50,363 nucleotides of DNA from a virus (IMGVR_UViG_3300025322_000030:1-50363), one strand, 5' to 3'. Positions 29,948-37,937 are shown, counted from the first letter of the stretch. Translations and numbers: made by a program. Notes: a model not told the origin generated them from the sequence alone.

Positions 29948-30216
29948 TTAGCTACCTTAGCTCCTGCATATACAGCTACAAAGGTTCCAGTAATTGAAAT
30001 AATAATTTCTTTCCAGTGTGTCCTGAACTTTTCCTGTAGCTGAAACCACTCCTTAACAAGGTCTGATTTCTTATCAGGAGGGAGGTTAGACCTAAGAATT
30101 TCCTTAACAACTGGATCCTCAAGTATAATCTTTCCACCTTGAGGGCCTGTAACTTTAACCTGACGGCCTCCACAACTGACGCTAATCGCTAAGATTACTA
30201 TCAGTGCTAGTTTCAA
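29944..30216 (-). CDS. Lipoprotein with a C-terminal TM segment (unimolecular-spanin-like)
   Basis: MKLALIVILAISVS-C lipobox-like signal; C-terminal IIISITGTFVAVYAGA; overlaps the endolysin 3' end. Confidence 0.5.
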   Translation of the reverse strand: MKLALIVILAISVSCGGRQVKVTGPQGGKIILEDPVVKEILRSNLPPDKKSDLVKEWFQLQEKFRTHWKEIIISITGTFVAVYAGAKVAK

Positions 30217-30574
30217 ACTGTTTCATCCAATCTTTTACTTTTGCTAAGTAGACTGACCTGTCCTTTGGATCACAGAAGTGAATAGTAGCTTTTTCAATAC
30301 TCTTCCATCGTTTAAGAAGTAACTTTAGAAAGGCTACTCCACAAGCTACATCAACAAGATCGTCGTCAATAGCTTGCATTGATAATAGCAAGTCTTTCAT
30401 AGCAATAGATGACATCTGAAAGACTCCTAGGCAATTTGTAGGTGACTTTTGTCTTAGGCCAAGTGAACTCTCAACCATTGCAATTGAGTTGGCCCAGGCA
30501 GGATCTATGCCAAAGATTTTAGCAAAGATTTCAATCTTCGCCTTTGTCTCCGATTGTTTTCTGTTCAGCTTCAA
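30182..30574 (-). CDS. SLT-family lytic transglycosylase (endolysin)
   Basis: GIDP...IAMVESS (catalytic Glu) and GVFQM motif. Confidence 0.8.
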   Translation of the reverse strand: MKLNRKQSETKAKIEIFAKIFGIDPAWANSIAMVESSLGLRQKSPTNCLGVFQMSSIAMKDLLLSMQAIDDDLVDVACGVAFLKLLLKRWKSIEKATIHFCDPKDRSVYLAKVKDWMKQFETSTDSNLSD

Positions 30575-31109
30575 CTTCTATCACCATACCAGCCTCTTTG
30601 GCTGCTAGAATACCCCTTCTCTTGAACTCAGTCAGTTCTTCAGCTGTTAGACTTAAGGAAGTAGCCTGTGAATAGATCTTGGTAGGCACACGTAGGCCAG
30701 AGAGCTCAAGTAGGACTGTGTCAGCTACCTTCATCTTGTCCCTCAAGCCTATTTCCCCAGACTCGTCATCAAAAATCTCATGATATGTAGCTAATGCTTT
30801 ATCAGTGAGGACTCTGACTTTCTCAACAACTTTCTTAGTCTCCTCATCACGTTCCTGTCTTATCTCAGATAACTTGTATTCCCCAAGATGACTATTTAAC
30901 GTGTTAGAGACAGTCTGAGGATGGATGTTAAGGATCTCAGCAATCTCTGTCTGCTTAAATCCCTTAGCAGCTAAATTAACAATCTCATGATGGCGCTGCC
31001 AGAGCTGCTTAATGTTGTGAGCCTTCCTCTCAGTAGCTGGAACCCTACGTCTGTCCTCTTCTCTATATTCAAACCCATAAAGTCCGTTTCTCTCACTCAC
31101 TTCCATCAC
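30531..31109 (-). CDS. terS: Terminase small subunit (HTH)
   Basis: GFKQTEIAEILNIHPQTVS HTH plus helical oligomerisation region; first gene of the late arm. Confidence 0.6.
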   Translation of the reverse strand: MMEVSERNGLYGFEYREEDRRRVPATERKAHNIKQLWQRHHEIVNLAAKGFKQTEIAEILNIHPQTVSNTLNSHLGEYKLSEIRQERDEETKKVVEKVRVLTDKALATYHEIFDDESGEIGLRDKMKVADTVLLELSGLRVPTKIYSQATSLSLTAEELTEFKRRGILAAKEAGMVIEVEAEQKTIGDKGED

Positions 31110-31126
31110 ATTATACCTCTAAATAT

Positions 31127-31155
31127 ACCATACCACACTTCCATAATAAATGCAA
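31127..31155 (-). promoter_or_regulatory. Sigma70-like leftward (late-arm) promoter
   Basis: TTGCAT-17 bp-TATGGT with extended -10 TG, just upstream of terS. Confidence 0.6.
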
Positions 31156-31178
31156 GGTAACTTTATGTACAATTTGAA

Positions 31179-31203
31179 AGTACGATCAATTTTGGTTCGA
31201 TCT
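31179..31203. promoter_or_regulatory. 25-bp palindrome copy 9 (upstream of the late promoter)
   Basis: AGTACGATCA-ATTTT-GGTTCGATCT. Confidence 0.85.
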
Positions 31204-31401
31204 ATTACTAAACCTTTAGTTGCATCTCCTCAACTACTCTCTCACAAACCACTCAATTGTCCGTACCAAGATCAATCCATTTCAATTCGTTGACCACAAT
31301 CCTACGAGCATTGTACATTTTAGTTTGATTGGAAGAAGTGTGGGAGAGCTAACCCCGCGCCGTACGTCATACGTCTCCCCCATGCCCTCGAAACAAATCC
31401 C

Positions 31402-31430
31402 TTGACAAACAACGTGGGAGGGGTTATGAT
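31402..31430 (+). promoter_or_regulatory. Sigma70 promoter, first rightward promoter
   Basis: TTGACA-17 bp-TATGAT. Confidence 0.85.
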
Positions 31431-31438
31431 GGTGACAA

Positions 31439-31473
31439 TCGCGGGTGAAACCGCGAGACGATCATTGACAATT
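31439..31473 (+). promoter_or_regulatory. boxB-like hairpin followed by a boxA-like antitermination element
   Basis: TCGCGG-GTGAAA-CCGCGA hairpin, then GATCATTGACAATT (11/14 to E. coli rrn boxA region GCTCTTTAACAATT). Confidence 0.55.
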
Positions 31474-31480
31474 AGGGTTC

Positions 31481-31944
31481 GACCATTCAAATCTCGAGCG
31501 GATTTGTGGCATGAAAGGATTTGTCATGACCATAAACCTTAACGAGAAATTGACGGGAATCGTCCGAACAATATCCGCATCCGTTAGGTTGGATACGGAT
31601 ATGCCGAAAACCCAGGCAAAATCAATATTTCTCGATATTGATTTCTCCGAATGCACACTTGGAGATATTTTGGACTTCGCGTGTGCGGACCGGAGAATTG
31701 CATGGGCGAACGGTGGAAATGGCCGGAAGGCATACCCATCGTTGAAAATCGGCCAACATGTAAAGGTGTTGGCCAAATCGGCAGGTGCGAAAACCGTTGA
31801 CATTTTTGCATATGTCAACGAGCAGGCACGTGCGGCCGGTATCACGCCAAAAGAGTGGCTTGATGCCGAGGCCAAAAGGCGCGGTTTGGAACCGCTGGGG
31901 AAATAACAACTTTCCGCCACGAACCGCTCGAGTTTTGGATGGTT
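31481..31944 (+). other. Long-range RNA stem (31481-31510 pairs with 31916-31944) enclosing a CDS
   Basis: 25 Watson-Crick and 3 G-U pairs, 1 U-U mismatch and 1 bulged A; extendable to 31469/31954. Confidence 0.8.
31526..31906 (+). CDS. Early hypothetical protein, 126 aa
   Basis: AAAGGA RBS; GC- and CpG-richer than the bulk genome; downstream of a consensus promoter. Confidence 0.75.
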   Translation: MTINLNEKLTGIVRTISASVRLDTDMPKTQAKSIFLDIDFSECTLGDILDFACADRRIAWANGGNGRKAYPSLKIGQHVKVLAKSAGAKTVDIFAYVNEQARAAGITPKEWLDAEAKRRGLEPLGK

Positions 31945-31962
31945 AAGCCAATTGGAGGTGTT

Positions 31963-32157
31963 ATGAGATCAATTGGGAAGGTAATATGCACAAAGGAGTA
32001 TCCAAAACTCCTACGTGGTAGAGGTAATAGGATAGTCCTACACCTATCAGATATCCGAGACTGGGATAGGGGTATATGGAATATCGGCTTGTATGAGGTA
32101 TTCAAAGGGCCAGATAGGCCAGGAACTACGCCACCCACCGCACCACCCACTGCATAA
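31963..32157 (+). CDS. Small hypothetical protein
   Basis: GGAGGTG RBS before ATG 31963; ends PGTTPPTAPPTA. Confidence 0.5.
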   Translation: MRSIGKVICTKEYPKLLRGRGNRIVLHLSDIRDWDRGIWNIGLYEVFKGPDRPGTTPPTAPPTA

Positions 32158-32167
32158 CAACTGCTGA

Positions 32168-32205
32168 AGGGTAGATAGTTCACAGCTGTCTACCCTCCTT
32201 CCTTT
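32168..32205 (+). terminator. Hairpin, probable terminator
   Basis: AGGGTAGATAGT-TCACA-GCTGTCTACCCT followed by a pyrimidine tract. Confidence 0.55.
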
Positions 32206-32221
32206 AGTTATGTAGTTCCAT

Positions 32222-32246
32222 AGTTCGATTTATTTTGGATTGAACT
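32222..32246. promoter_or_regulatory. 25-bp palindrome copy 10
   Basis: AGTTCGATTT-ATTTT-GGATTGAACT. Confidence 0.85.
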
Positions 32247-32249
32247 TTT

Positions 32250-32520
32250 GCTTCTATTATATAGATAGTGTGAGTTGTTCGTAGTGTTGTGAGTTGTTAG
32301 TGAGTAGTTATATTGTGTGTCTATAATAATTGTACATTGACATATTAACGACACTCATGTTAATATCGTTAATAACGAAAATGTGTGAGTGCCATTATGT
32401 ATTATTATATATATATATCTATATATAGGAGAGTAGTGTGTGGTGTGTGTTGGGTGGTGGGATAAGGCACTAACACATTATGGTTAATGTTGGTTATTTG
32501 GTATGGATCAATCTGTCATT
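32250..32520. other. Non-coding AT-rich region, candidate replication origin
   Basis: (TA)n tract at ~32400-32427 inside an inverted repeat (32380-32393 / 32466-32479); GTGAGTTGTT-like repeats; no ORF. Confidence 0.45.
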
Positions 32521-32523
32521 AAT

Positions 32524-32548
32524 AGATCGAACCATTTTGGATTGAACT
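32524..32548. promoter_or_regulatory. 25-bp palindrome copy 11 (17 bp upstream of a -35)
   Basis: AGATCGAACC-ATTTT-GGATTGAACT. Confidence 0.85.
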
Positions 32549-32565
32549 GGTAATTTGTGAAGTGC

Positions 32566-32595
32566 TTGACAACTGGGTGTAAGTTGTGTTATGAT
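32566..32595 (+). promoter_or_regulatory. Sigma70 promoter
   Basis: TTGACA-18 bp-TATGAT with extended -10 TG. Confidence 0.8.
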
Positions 32596-32618
32596 GGACA
32601 ACATGAGCGAATTGAACA

Positions 32619-32900
32619 ATGGAGGGAACAATGAACTGCGATCACGAATTAAAACCCATCAGAATCGGACCTAAGGGAAAGTTTATTTCAAGTACTAGCA
32701 GCCCCGCTGGGCAAGGAGGAGAGACAATGGAAAAGAAGACTATGACACCAATCGTGGTGCTAAGAACCTTCTTCGGCCAGAAGGAAGGCCAGACACTGAA
32801 GGGATTTATGGAGGAGATAAAGGAGCTGAGTGAACAGGAGAAGCTCCACCTGGCCAAACTCGCAGCTGAGGAGCTTGGTGTTGAGTTGGAAGTGAAGTAG
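32619..32900 (+). CDS. Early hypothetical protein (may start at 32727)
   Basis: ORF after the promoter; GGAGG-type RBS. Confidence 0.6.
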   Translation: MEGTMNCDHELKPIRIGPKGKFISSTSSPAGQGGETMEKKTMTPIVVLRTFFGQKEGQTLKGFMEEIKELSEQEKLHLAKLAAEELGVELEVK

Positions 32901-32912
32901 AGGGAGGAGAAG

Positions 32913-33071
32913 ATGATTAGGTCAGAATATCACTGTCTGGGATGTACTACCAAAGTAACTTTGATCTGGAGCAATTACATAGTAGATGGAGTAGAAATAG
33001 CTGATGCTCCAGTTATCGTGTGTCAGTTGTGTGGTGACTACTTGTTACCAACAACTACACAGGAAAACTAA
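32913..33071 (+). CDS. 52-aa zinc-ribbon protein (YgiT/MqsA-N-like), not in the ORF track
   Basis: MIRSEYHCLGC...VEIADAPVIVCQLCGD; GGAGGAG RBS. Confidence 0.6.
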   Translation: MIRSEYHCLGCTTKVTLIWSNYIVDGVEIADAPVIVCQLCGDYLLPTTTQEN

Positions 33072-33072
33072 C

Positions 33073-33124
33073 GATTCCTACTTCGGCTCCATCATTGAGA
33101 AATGGTGGAGTCCTGGGAGGGATT
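33073..33124 (+). other. Long imperfect hairpin with a GAGA tetraloop (RNase III-site-like)
   Basis: GGCTCCATCATT-GAGA-AATGGTGGAGTC core plus outer pairing. Confidence 0.6.
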
Positions 33125-33148
33125 GAAACTAACAATTAAGGAGATAAA

Positions 33149-33334
33149 ATGACTAAGGGAGAATTAATCAAAGCATTACGGAGGAATAAACTCCCTAATA
33201 GCACAGAAGTGCTTATCAGTGTCAAGAAGTATAACGATGGTGAGGCTACATGGGATGAGATAGCTTACGTTGATGATGCTCCAAATTGCGGAGAACCAAT
33301 TTTGATATATCTAGGAAGAACAGTAATGCAATGA
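33149..33334 (+). CDS. Hypothetical protein
   Basis: AAGGAG RBS; 61 aa. Confidence 0.6.
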   Translation: MTKGELIKALRRNKLPNSTEVLISVKKYNDGEATWDEIAYVDDAPNCGEPILIYLGRTVMQ

Positions 33335-33771
33335 GTGACTACGACAAAGAGGGGAATCGAAAGATTCCCTATGTTGAAAACAGTACACGTGGTAAGAGCT
33401 TAATCCAGCCACTAAAGCACAAGGATGATGTTCTTGTGCAGGTATGGATTGATAGCAGACTCTTAGCCACTCTAACCAACTGGCTCGAGACCAGCGGTGA
33501 GTATCCACGTTTCTTGAGCGAAGTGGTTAGACGGCCACTCGAGATGCTGCTTGATTACCTAATTCAGGACAAAAGAGTGACAATGAGTGAGGATACAGCA
33601 GTAGCTCGAGAGATGCTTTCTAAGAGGTTCAAGGTGAAGCTCAACAAGGGAGATAGAGGACGCAAGAACGTCCTTCACAACACTTTGTTGAGCGAGAAGA
33701 GCAAACAGGAGCTAGATCTCGAAGAGGTTCTGGCTAAATATAAGGAGATTGAAAATGAAGATAAAGATTGA
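33331..33771 (+). CDS. Putative ribbon-helix-helix-like DNA-binding protein
   Basis: Strand VLVQVWID, helix SRLLATLTNWL, helix LSEVVRRPLEML; ATGA-coupled start. Confidence 0.45.
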   Translation: MSDYDKEGNRKIPYVENSTRGKSLIQPLKHKDDVLVQVWIDSRLLATLTNWLETSGEYPRFLSEVVRRPLEMLLDYLIQDKRVTMSEDTAVAREMLSKRFKVKLNKGDRGRKNVLHNTLLSEKSKQELDLEEVLAKYKEIENEDKD

Positions 33772-33777
33772 GTTGAT

Positions 33778-33802
33778 AGTTCGATCGAAAATGGTTCGAA
33801 CT
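33778..33802. promoter_or_regulatory. 25-bp palindrome copy 12 (17 bp upstream of a -35)
   Basis: AGTTCGATCG-AAAAT-GGTTCGAACT. Confidence 0.9.
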
Positions 33803-33819
33803 GATAATTCACAAAGTTC

Positions 33820-33849
33820 TTGACATCCAACGTACAGTTGTGATACAAT
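33820..33849 (+). promoter_or_regulatory. Sigma70 promoter
   Basis: TTGACA-18 bp-TACAAT with extended -10 TG; next ATG at 33856 is at about the predicted start site, so the mRNA may be leaderless. Confidence 0.8.
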
Positions 33850-33855
33850 GAGTCC

Positions 33856-34062
33856 ATGATGAAAAAAAGAGAGTGTTTAAACCCAAGGTGCAAGGATGGA
33901 GTTTACGCCAGAGGCTTGTGTAACTCCTGTTATCAAGTTGCAATTAGAATAGTCTCAGCTGGTTTAACCAACTGGGAATCACTCGAGAAAAAAGGAAAGT
34001 CTCTACCTTTAGGAGTTTCCAGGAAGGTTAGTGAAAAGAGAGGATGGTTCACTGAAGAATAA
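33856..34062 (+). CDS. Small zinc-finger protein
   Basis: CLNPRC...ARGLCNSCY. Confidence 0.6.
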   Translation: MMKKRECLNPRCKDGVYARGLCNSCYQVAIRIVSAGLTNWESLEKKGKSLPLGVSRKVSEKRGWFTEE

Positions 34063-34098
34063 GTCCATGATAAAAAGCCGAATCAAATCGGAGGAACT

Positions 34099-35387
34099 AT
34101 GAAAACAAGTAAAAAGAAGCTGACAGAGTTGAAAGCCTATCTAACTGAACAATATGAGACCGGAGATTCAGGGTGGTTGGAGGGCTGGATATGTGGTTAC
34201 TCAGATCTAGATCACACAAAGGATAAAGGTCTCAGGGATACACTGTTCAATCATCTTTCTGAACTGAGAAAGGGAAAAACTAAATGAATGAGATAGAATA
34301 TCTCCGAGACCAGCGCAAGCTGGTATGGAAACGAGTTAGAAGCTCTCACATGCTGTACGTAAGAGCCAAGCGTCTCTACGAATGCCTGAAGAAACGCTGG
34401 GAAGAAGATGAAAAAGCATATGAGGATATTGATCATCAGTTAGCCATCTTGGATGGCCGACTGCAGAAGCTTGAAGCTGCTAAGCATACTCCCAAGCTAA
34501 AAAGGCTATCAAACTCCCAGATCAAAGAGCTCCTGGTGATGTTAGGGGCTGAGGCTGATGAGTTAGATGAGATTATCGAGGACGAGCCTGAGGAGGGGAG
34601 TGATGACTGAGCGTGAGAAGAAGATAAGAGCAGCTAAGGATATATTAGTTGGAGCAAGACTTTACTTGTTAGGTCGCTCATTCATCGGGTGGTTAGAAGC
34701 AATGACGATTCTGGAAGATAGAATTGAGAGACTGGACACTGAATTAGACTGCATAAGCCTGGAGGAAAGATGAACAAAACTCAGCGTATTAGGAAGCAGT
34801 TAAATTCAATCAACAGGGCTCTCAGAAGCTCGAGGATCGATCATGACTACACAAAGCTCCAGGAACGAAAGGAGATGTTAACTGAGAGGCTAGAAGGGAT
34901 AAAAAATCACTTCCATTCAAGGAGGGAAAATGACAGTTAAGAAATGGGAAGGTACTTGGCCAGCATCCTGCGACGGATGCGAAGAGCGCCTGGTGGATAT
35001 GAAGTACTTTTGCGACGCAAAAGATAATAAAGGTCGCTGGGGCCTGTTCTGCCCAAATTGTCACTTCATTCTCTGCGCTGGCAGACTTGGACCTGGATAT
35101 GGGCAGAAGTATGACTCAAAATCACTTGAAAAGATTGGAGGTTAGCCATGACCAATAAGGAGGGTAGTGTGACAAAGACTAAGACCGAGTGGGAGATCGC
35201 CGACGATCTTGGAATTCAGCTGACTAAGCTACTCAGATTGAGTGGTGATGCAGTAATGGCACGAACTTTGCCAACAGCTCTTGGTTACATAGAGCAAATG
35301 ACTGACAAGGTGATGTTAGCAAAATCAACCCTAAACAGCCTCAAATCAGCAATGATTAAGAGGATGAGAGAGGAGGGAGGTGAATAG
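34099..35387 (+). CDS. Cluster of six small early hypothetical ORFs (34099-34287, 34284-34610, ~34600-34773, 34770-34940, 34930-35145, 35148-35387)
   Basis: Closely coupled ORFs with GGAGG RBSs; 34930-35145 has CxxC..CxxC. Confidence 0.6.
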
Positions 35388-35412
35388 CCAAAACAATGCA
35401 CCAAATTTTACA

Positions 35413-35442
35413 TTGACACATTTCCTCAAGTTATGGTAATTT
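35413..35442 (+). promoter_or_regulatory. Sigma70 promoter
   Basis: TTGACA-18 bp-TAATTT with extended -10 TG. Confidence 0.6.
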
Positions 35443-35491
35443 TAATCATGACCTGTTGGAAAATCAAAAACTTAAATGGGAGAAAGTAACA

Positions 35492-35884
35492 ATGGCTAAA
35501 AAGTATACGATAGATGCAAAAGTACCCGCTAATAAAGAGAATGGGACTCCTGAGCTATCAGGAGCGATAGCTGTAGAATTCCCGGATCTCGATGGCGGAG
35601 ATGCTGCTCTCGAGGAGGCCAAGAAGCTCTACGGAGCTGCGGCACTCTTGAGTAATGCCTTCGCAAATTGGAAAATCACTCTCCAGAGCAACATCCGCAA
35701 TGCTCTGAAGAGAGGGGAAAACAGTCCTCAGATTCAGGCCAGATTAGGATCGGCTAAGATGGGAGTGGCCACTAAGGGCGCTCGAGTCGACCCTCTACAG
35801 GCCTACTTGGCTGCGTTCCAGTCTGCCTCTCCAGCTGAGCAAAAGAAGATGCTGGCCGAACTGCAGGCCAGAGCTTCAAAGTAA
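35492..35884 (+). CDS. Hypothetical 130-aa protein in its own transcription unit
   Basis: GGAG RBS; has its own promoter and terminator. Confidence 0.75.
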   Translation: MAKKYTIDAKVPANKENGTPELSGAIAVEFPDLDGGDAALEEAKKLYGAAALLSNAFANWKITLQSNIRNALKRGENSPQIQARLGSAKMGVATKGARVDPLQAYLAAFQSASPAEQKKMLAELQARASK

Positions 35885-35899
35885 CCCTTCTTTCAATCC

Positions 35900-35934
35900 A
35901 GTGCCCTCTGGCTTCGGCTGGAGGGCACTTTTTT
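35900..35934 (+). terminator. Intrinsic terminator
   Basis: AGTGCCCTCTGGC-TTCG-GCTGGAGGGCACT followed by a T-tract. Confidence 0.9.
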
Positions 35935-35973
35935 GTGACTTTTGCAAATGTGCGGAGAGGTACAATGGAATGC

Positions 35974-35998
35974 AGTTTAATCAAAAATTGATCGAACT
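35974..35998. promoter_or_regulatory. 25-bp palindrome copy 13
   Basis: AGTTTAATCA-AAAAT-TGATCGAACT. Confidence 0.85.
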
Positions 35999-36007
35999 GG
36001 AGGATCT

Positions 36008-36486
36008 ATGATACAGGATATAAAGGTTGGATTAGACGAGTTAAAGAAGGATGAACTATCAGCTAGGGAGACTGATGATCTGTACTTTATCTTTACAGCG
36101 TATCAGGCAGATAAGAGATTTAGAACTTATCTCAGAGCGATATTCAACATCTATGCCTTTGCTGCTGTGAAAGGTAAGTCAGCTGAGTTAGTGGAACTCA
36201 CCAGAGAGCTAGTATCAAAGATCTAAACAAGAAAAAAGGAGAAAAAGCAATGAGACACTATCAAACCATTTTCTTCATGGATAAAAAAGCAAAATTTGTA
36301 GCTGAAGTGACAGTAGGCAAGGACCTAAGCAGTCCCTGGCCGGTACATCTGAGAATTGCATCAGAACAAGTAAAAGATTCTGATATAAGTATGCACATAG
36401 GGAGTATTGAACAACTGAGGGAACTCATCCAGTCAATGTCCCAGGCACTCATCAAGGCACTGGAGGTCAAAGATGAATCAGCCTAA
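36008..36486 (+). CDS. Two small hypothetical ORFs (36008-36226, 36250-36486)
   Basis: GGAGG and AAGGAG RBSs. Confidence 0.6.
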
Positions 36487-36529
36487 GTGGCAGCGCTGGA
36501 AAGGGATAATGAAGTGGAGGCCTAAATGA
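36473..36529 (+). pseudogene. 18-codon stub resembling the DNA ligase N-terminus
   Basis: MNQPKWQRWKGIMK versus ligase MSEWTRWKNVMK; own GGAGG RBS; stop overlaps the HNH ATG. Confidence 0.6.
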
Positions 36530-37050
36530 CTAGCTTCCAAGGACAAAAACGACTAGATAGAGAATTAGTCTTTTGGACAAAGGTAGATAAGAGAGGATCT
36601 TATGAATGCTGGCCATATCTTAGCGGTATAGATGAAGATGGATACGGTAGATTTTGGACAGGTATAACAAATGTAGGTGCTCACTGCTATGTATGGTCAC
36701 TTACAAGAAAGTGTGAAGTTCCTCCGGACAAAATGATACTTCACATGTGCGATAATAGATCTTGCTGTAATCCAGGTCATCTTTATGCTGGTACTCAAAT
36801 GGATAATATGAGGGATAGGTACATAAGAGGCCCAAAAGTACCAGCCCATATTCTAGCTAACCCAGACCTACATAACGGAGAGATTTGGCTCATCAGGAGA
36901 CTCAAAATAGTTCTTCGTAAAGGAGTGAAGAAGACAACATATAGATTCTCTCAGGTACTTGTTTCTAGGATGTTCAAAGTTCACCAGACAACCATCCACC
37001 ACATCTGGCACTCAGATAGATGGTTATCAAAGGAGGGGACCTATGTCTGA
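36526..37050 (+). mobile_element. Free-standing HNH homing endonuclease
   Basis: FWTKVDK..ECW...GYG.F...AH...ILHMCDNRSCCNPGHL..GTQMDNMRD. Confidence 0.88.
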
Positions 37051-37903
37051 ATGGACTAGATGGAAAAATGTGATGAAGGCATACCCATTTGAGGAAAAGC
37101 GCCTCGCTAAGTGGCAGCCTCCTTACATCGTGCAGCCCAAGTATGACGGAGTGAGGTGTAGAGCTGTCCCACTTGAAAGCGGAGAGTACATGCTGCTTTC
37201 AAGTGAAGAGAACATAATCTTTAGTGTTCCTCACATCAGTAGAGAAATTCCACACCTTATGAGATACAGAGCTCCAGAGACAAGACCAGAGCTTGATGGT
37301 GAGCTATATTGTCACGGGATGAAGTTTGAGGAAATAGTCTCAGTTACCTCCAGAACAGTCACCCTACATCAAGATCATAAAAGGATTCAATTCCACTGCT
37401 TCGACGTAATAGTTGAGGAACCACAGCTGAGACGAACACTAATGATTGAGGACCTTAGAGGACTATCTCAGTGGTTAGTAGTCTCTCCATTCTATCTATG
37501 TGATAGTCTAGAGGATGTAATGAGAGCTTTCGATTCCATAGTCGGTAACGGCTACGAGGGGATCATAGTTCGCCATAACTTAGGTCCGTACGAGCGAAAG
37601 CGCTCAACTTGGGTTATGAAGTTCAAGCCGAAGCAAGAGGATAGTTACGAAATAGTAGGGTTTCAGGAAGAGATTGATAAAGATGGATTTCCAAAGGATA
37701 CACTCGGAGCTCTCGTATGTGCCTCAGGAGACGGAGACATCTTCAATGTAGGCACTGGATTCACTGATGAGAGGAGACGTGAACTTTGGCATGGACGAGA
37801 CATGCTCAAAGGGCAGGCGGCTCGAGTCAAGTACCAGCATATAACGAGTGGGCGTAACGTCCCTCGTTTTCCTGTATTTGTTGAAGTTGAGGTGAAACCG
37901 TAG
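37043..37903 (+). CDS. ATP-dependent DNA ligase
   Basis: QPKYDGVR (KxDG), LDGELY, YEGIIVR, KFKP, OB-fold VGTGF and PRFP; AGGAGG RBS before ATG 37043. Confidence 0.93.
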   Translation: MSEWTRWKNVMKAYPFEEKRLAKWQPPYIVQPKYDGVRCRAVPLESGEYMLLSSEENIIFSVPHISREIPHLMRYRAPETRPELDGELYCHGMKFEEIVSVTSRTVTLHQDHKRIQFHCFDVIVEEPQLRRTLMIEDLRGLSQWLVVSPFYLCDSLEDVMRAFDSIVGNGYEGIIVRHNLGPYERKRSTWVMKFKPKQEDSYEIVGFQEEIDKDGFPKDTLGALVCASGDGDIFNVGTGFTDERRRELWHGRDMLKGQAARVKYQHITSGRNVPRFPVFVEVEVKP

Positions 37904-37926
37904 TTTAATCCAAAATAAATCAAACT
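37902..37926. promoter_or_regulatory. 25-bp palindrome copy 14 (overlaps the ligase stop)
   Basis: AGTTTAATCC-AAAAT-AAATCAAACT. Confidence 0.8.
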
Positions 37927-37937
37927 GGAGAATTAAA

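Noticed and set aside
36473-37050. Group I intron around the HNH gene
   Set aside because: The HNH ORF abuts both neighbours, leaving no room for a ribozyme core, and the ligase has its own RBS and start
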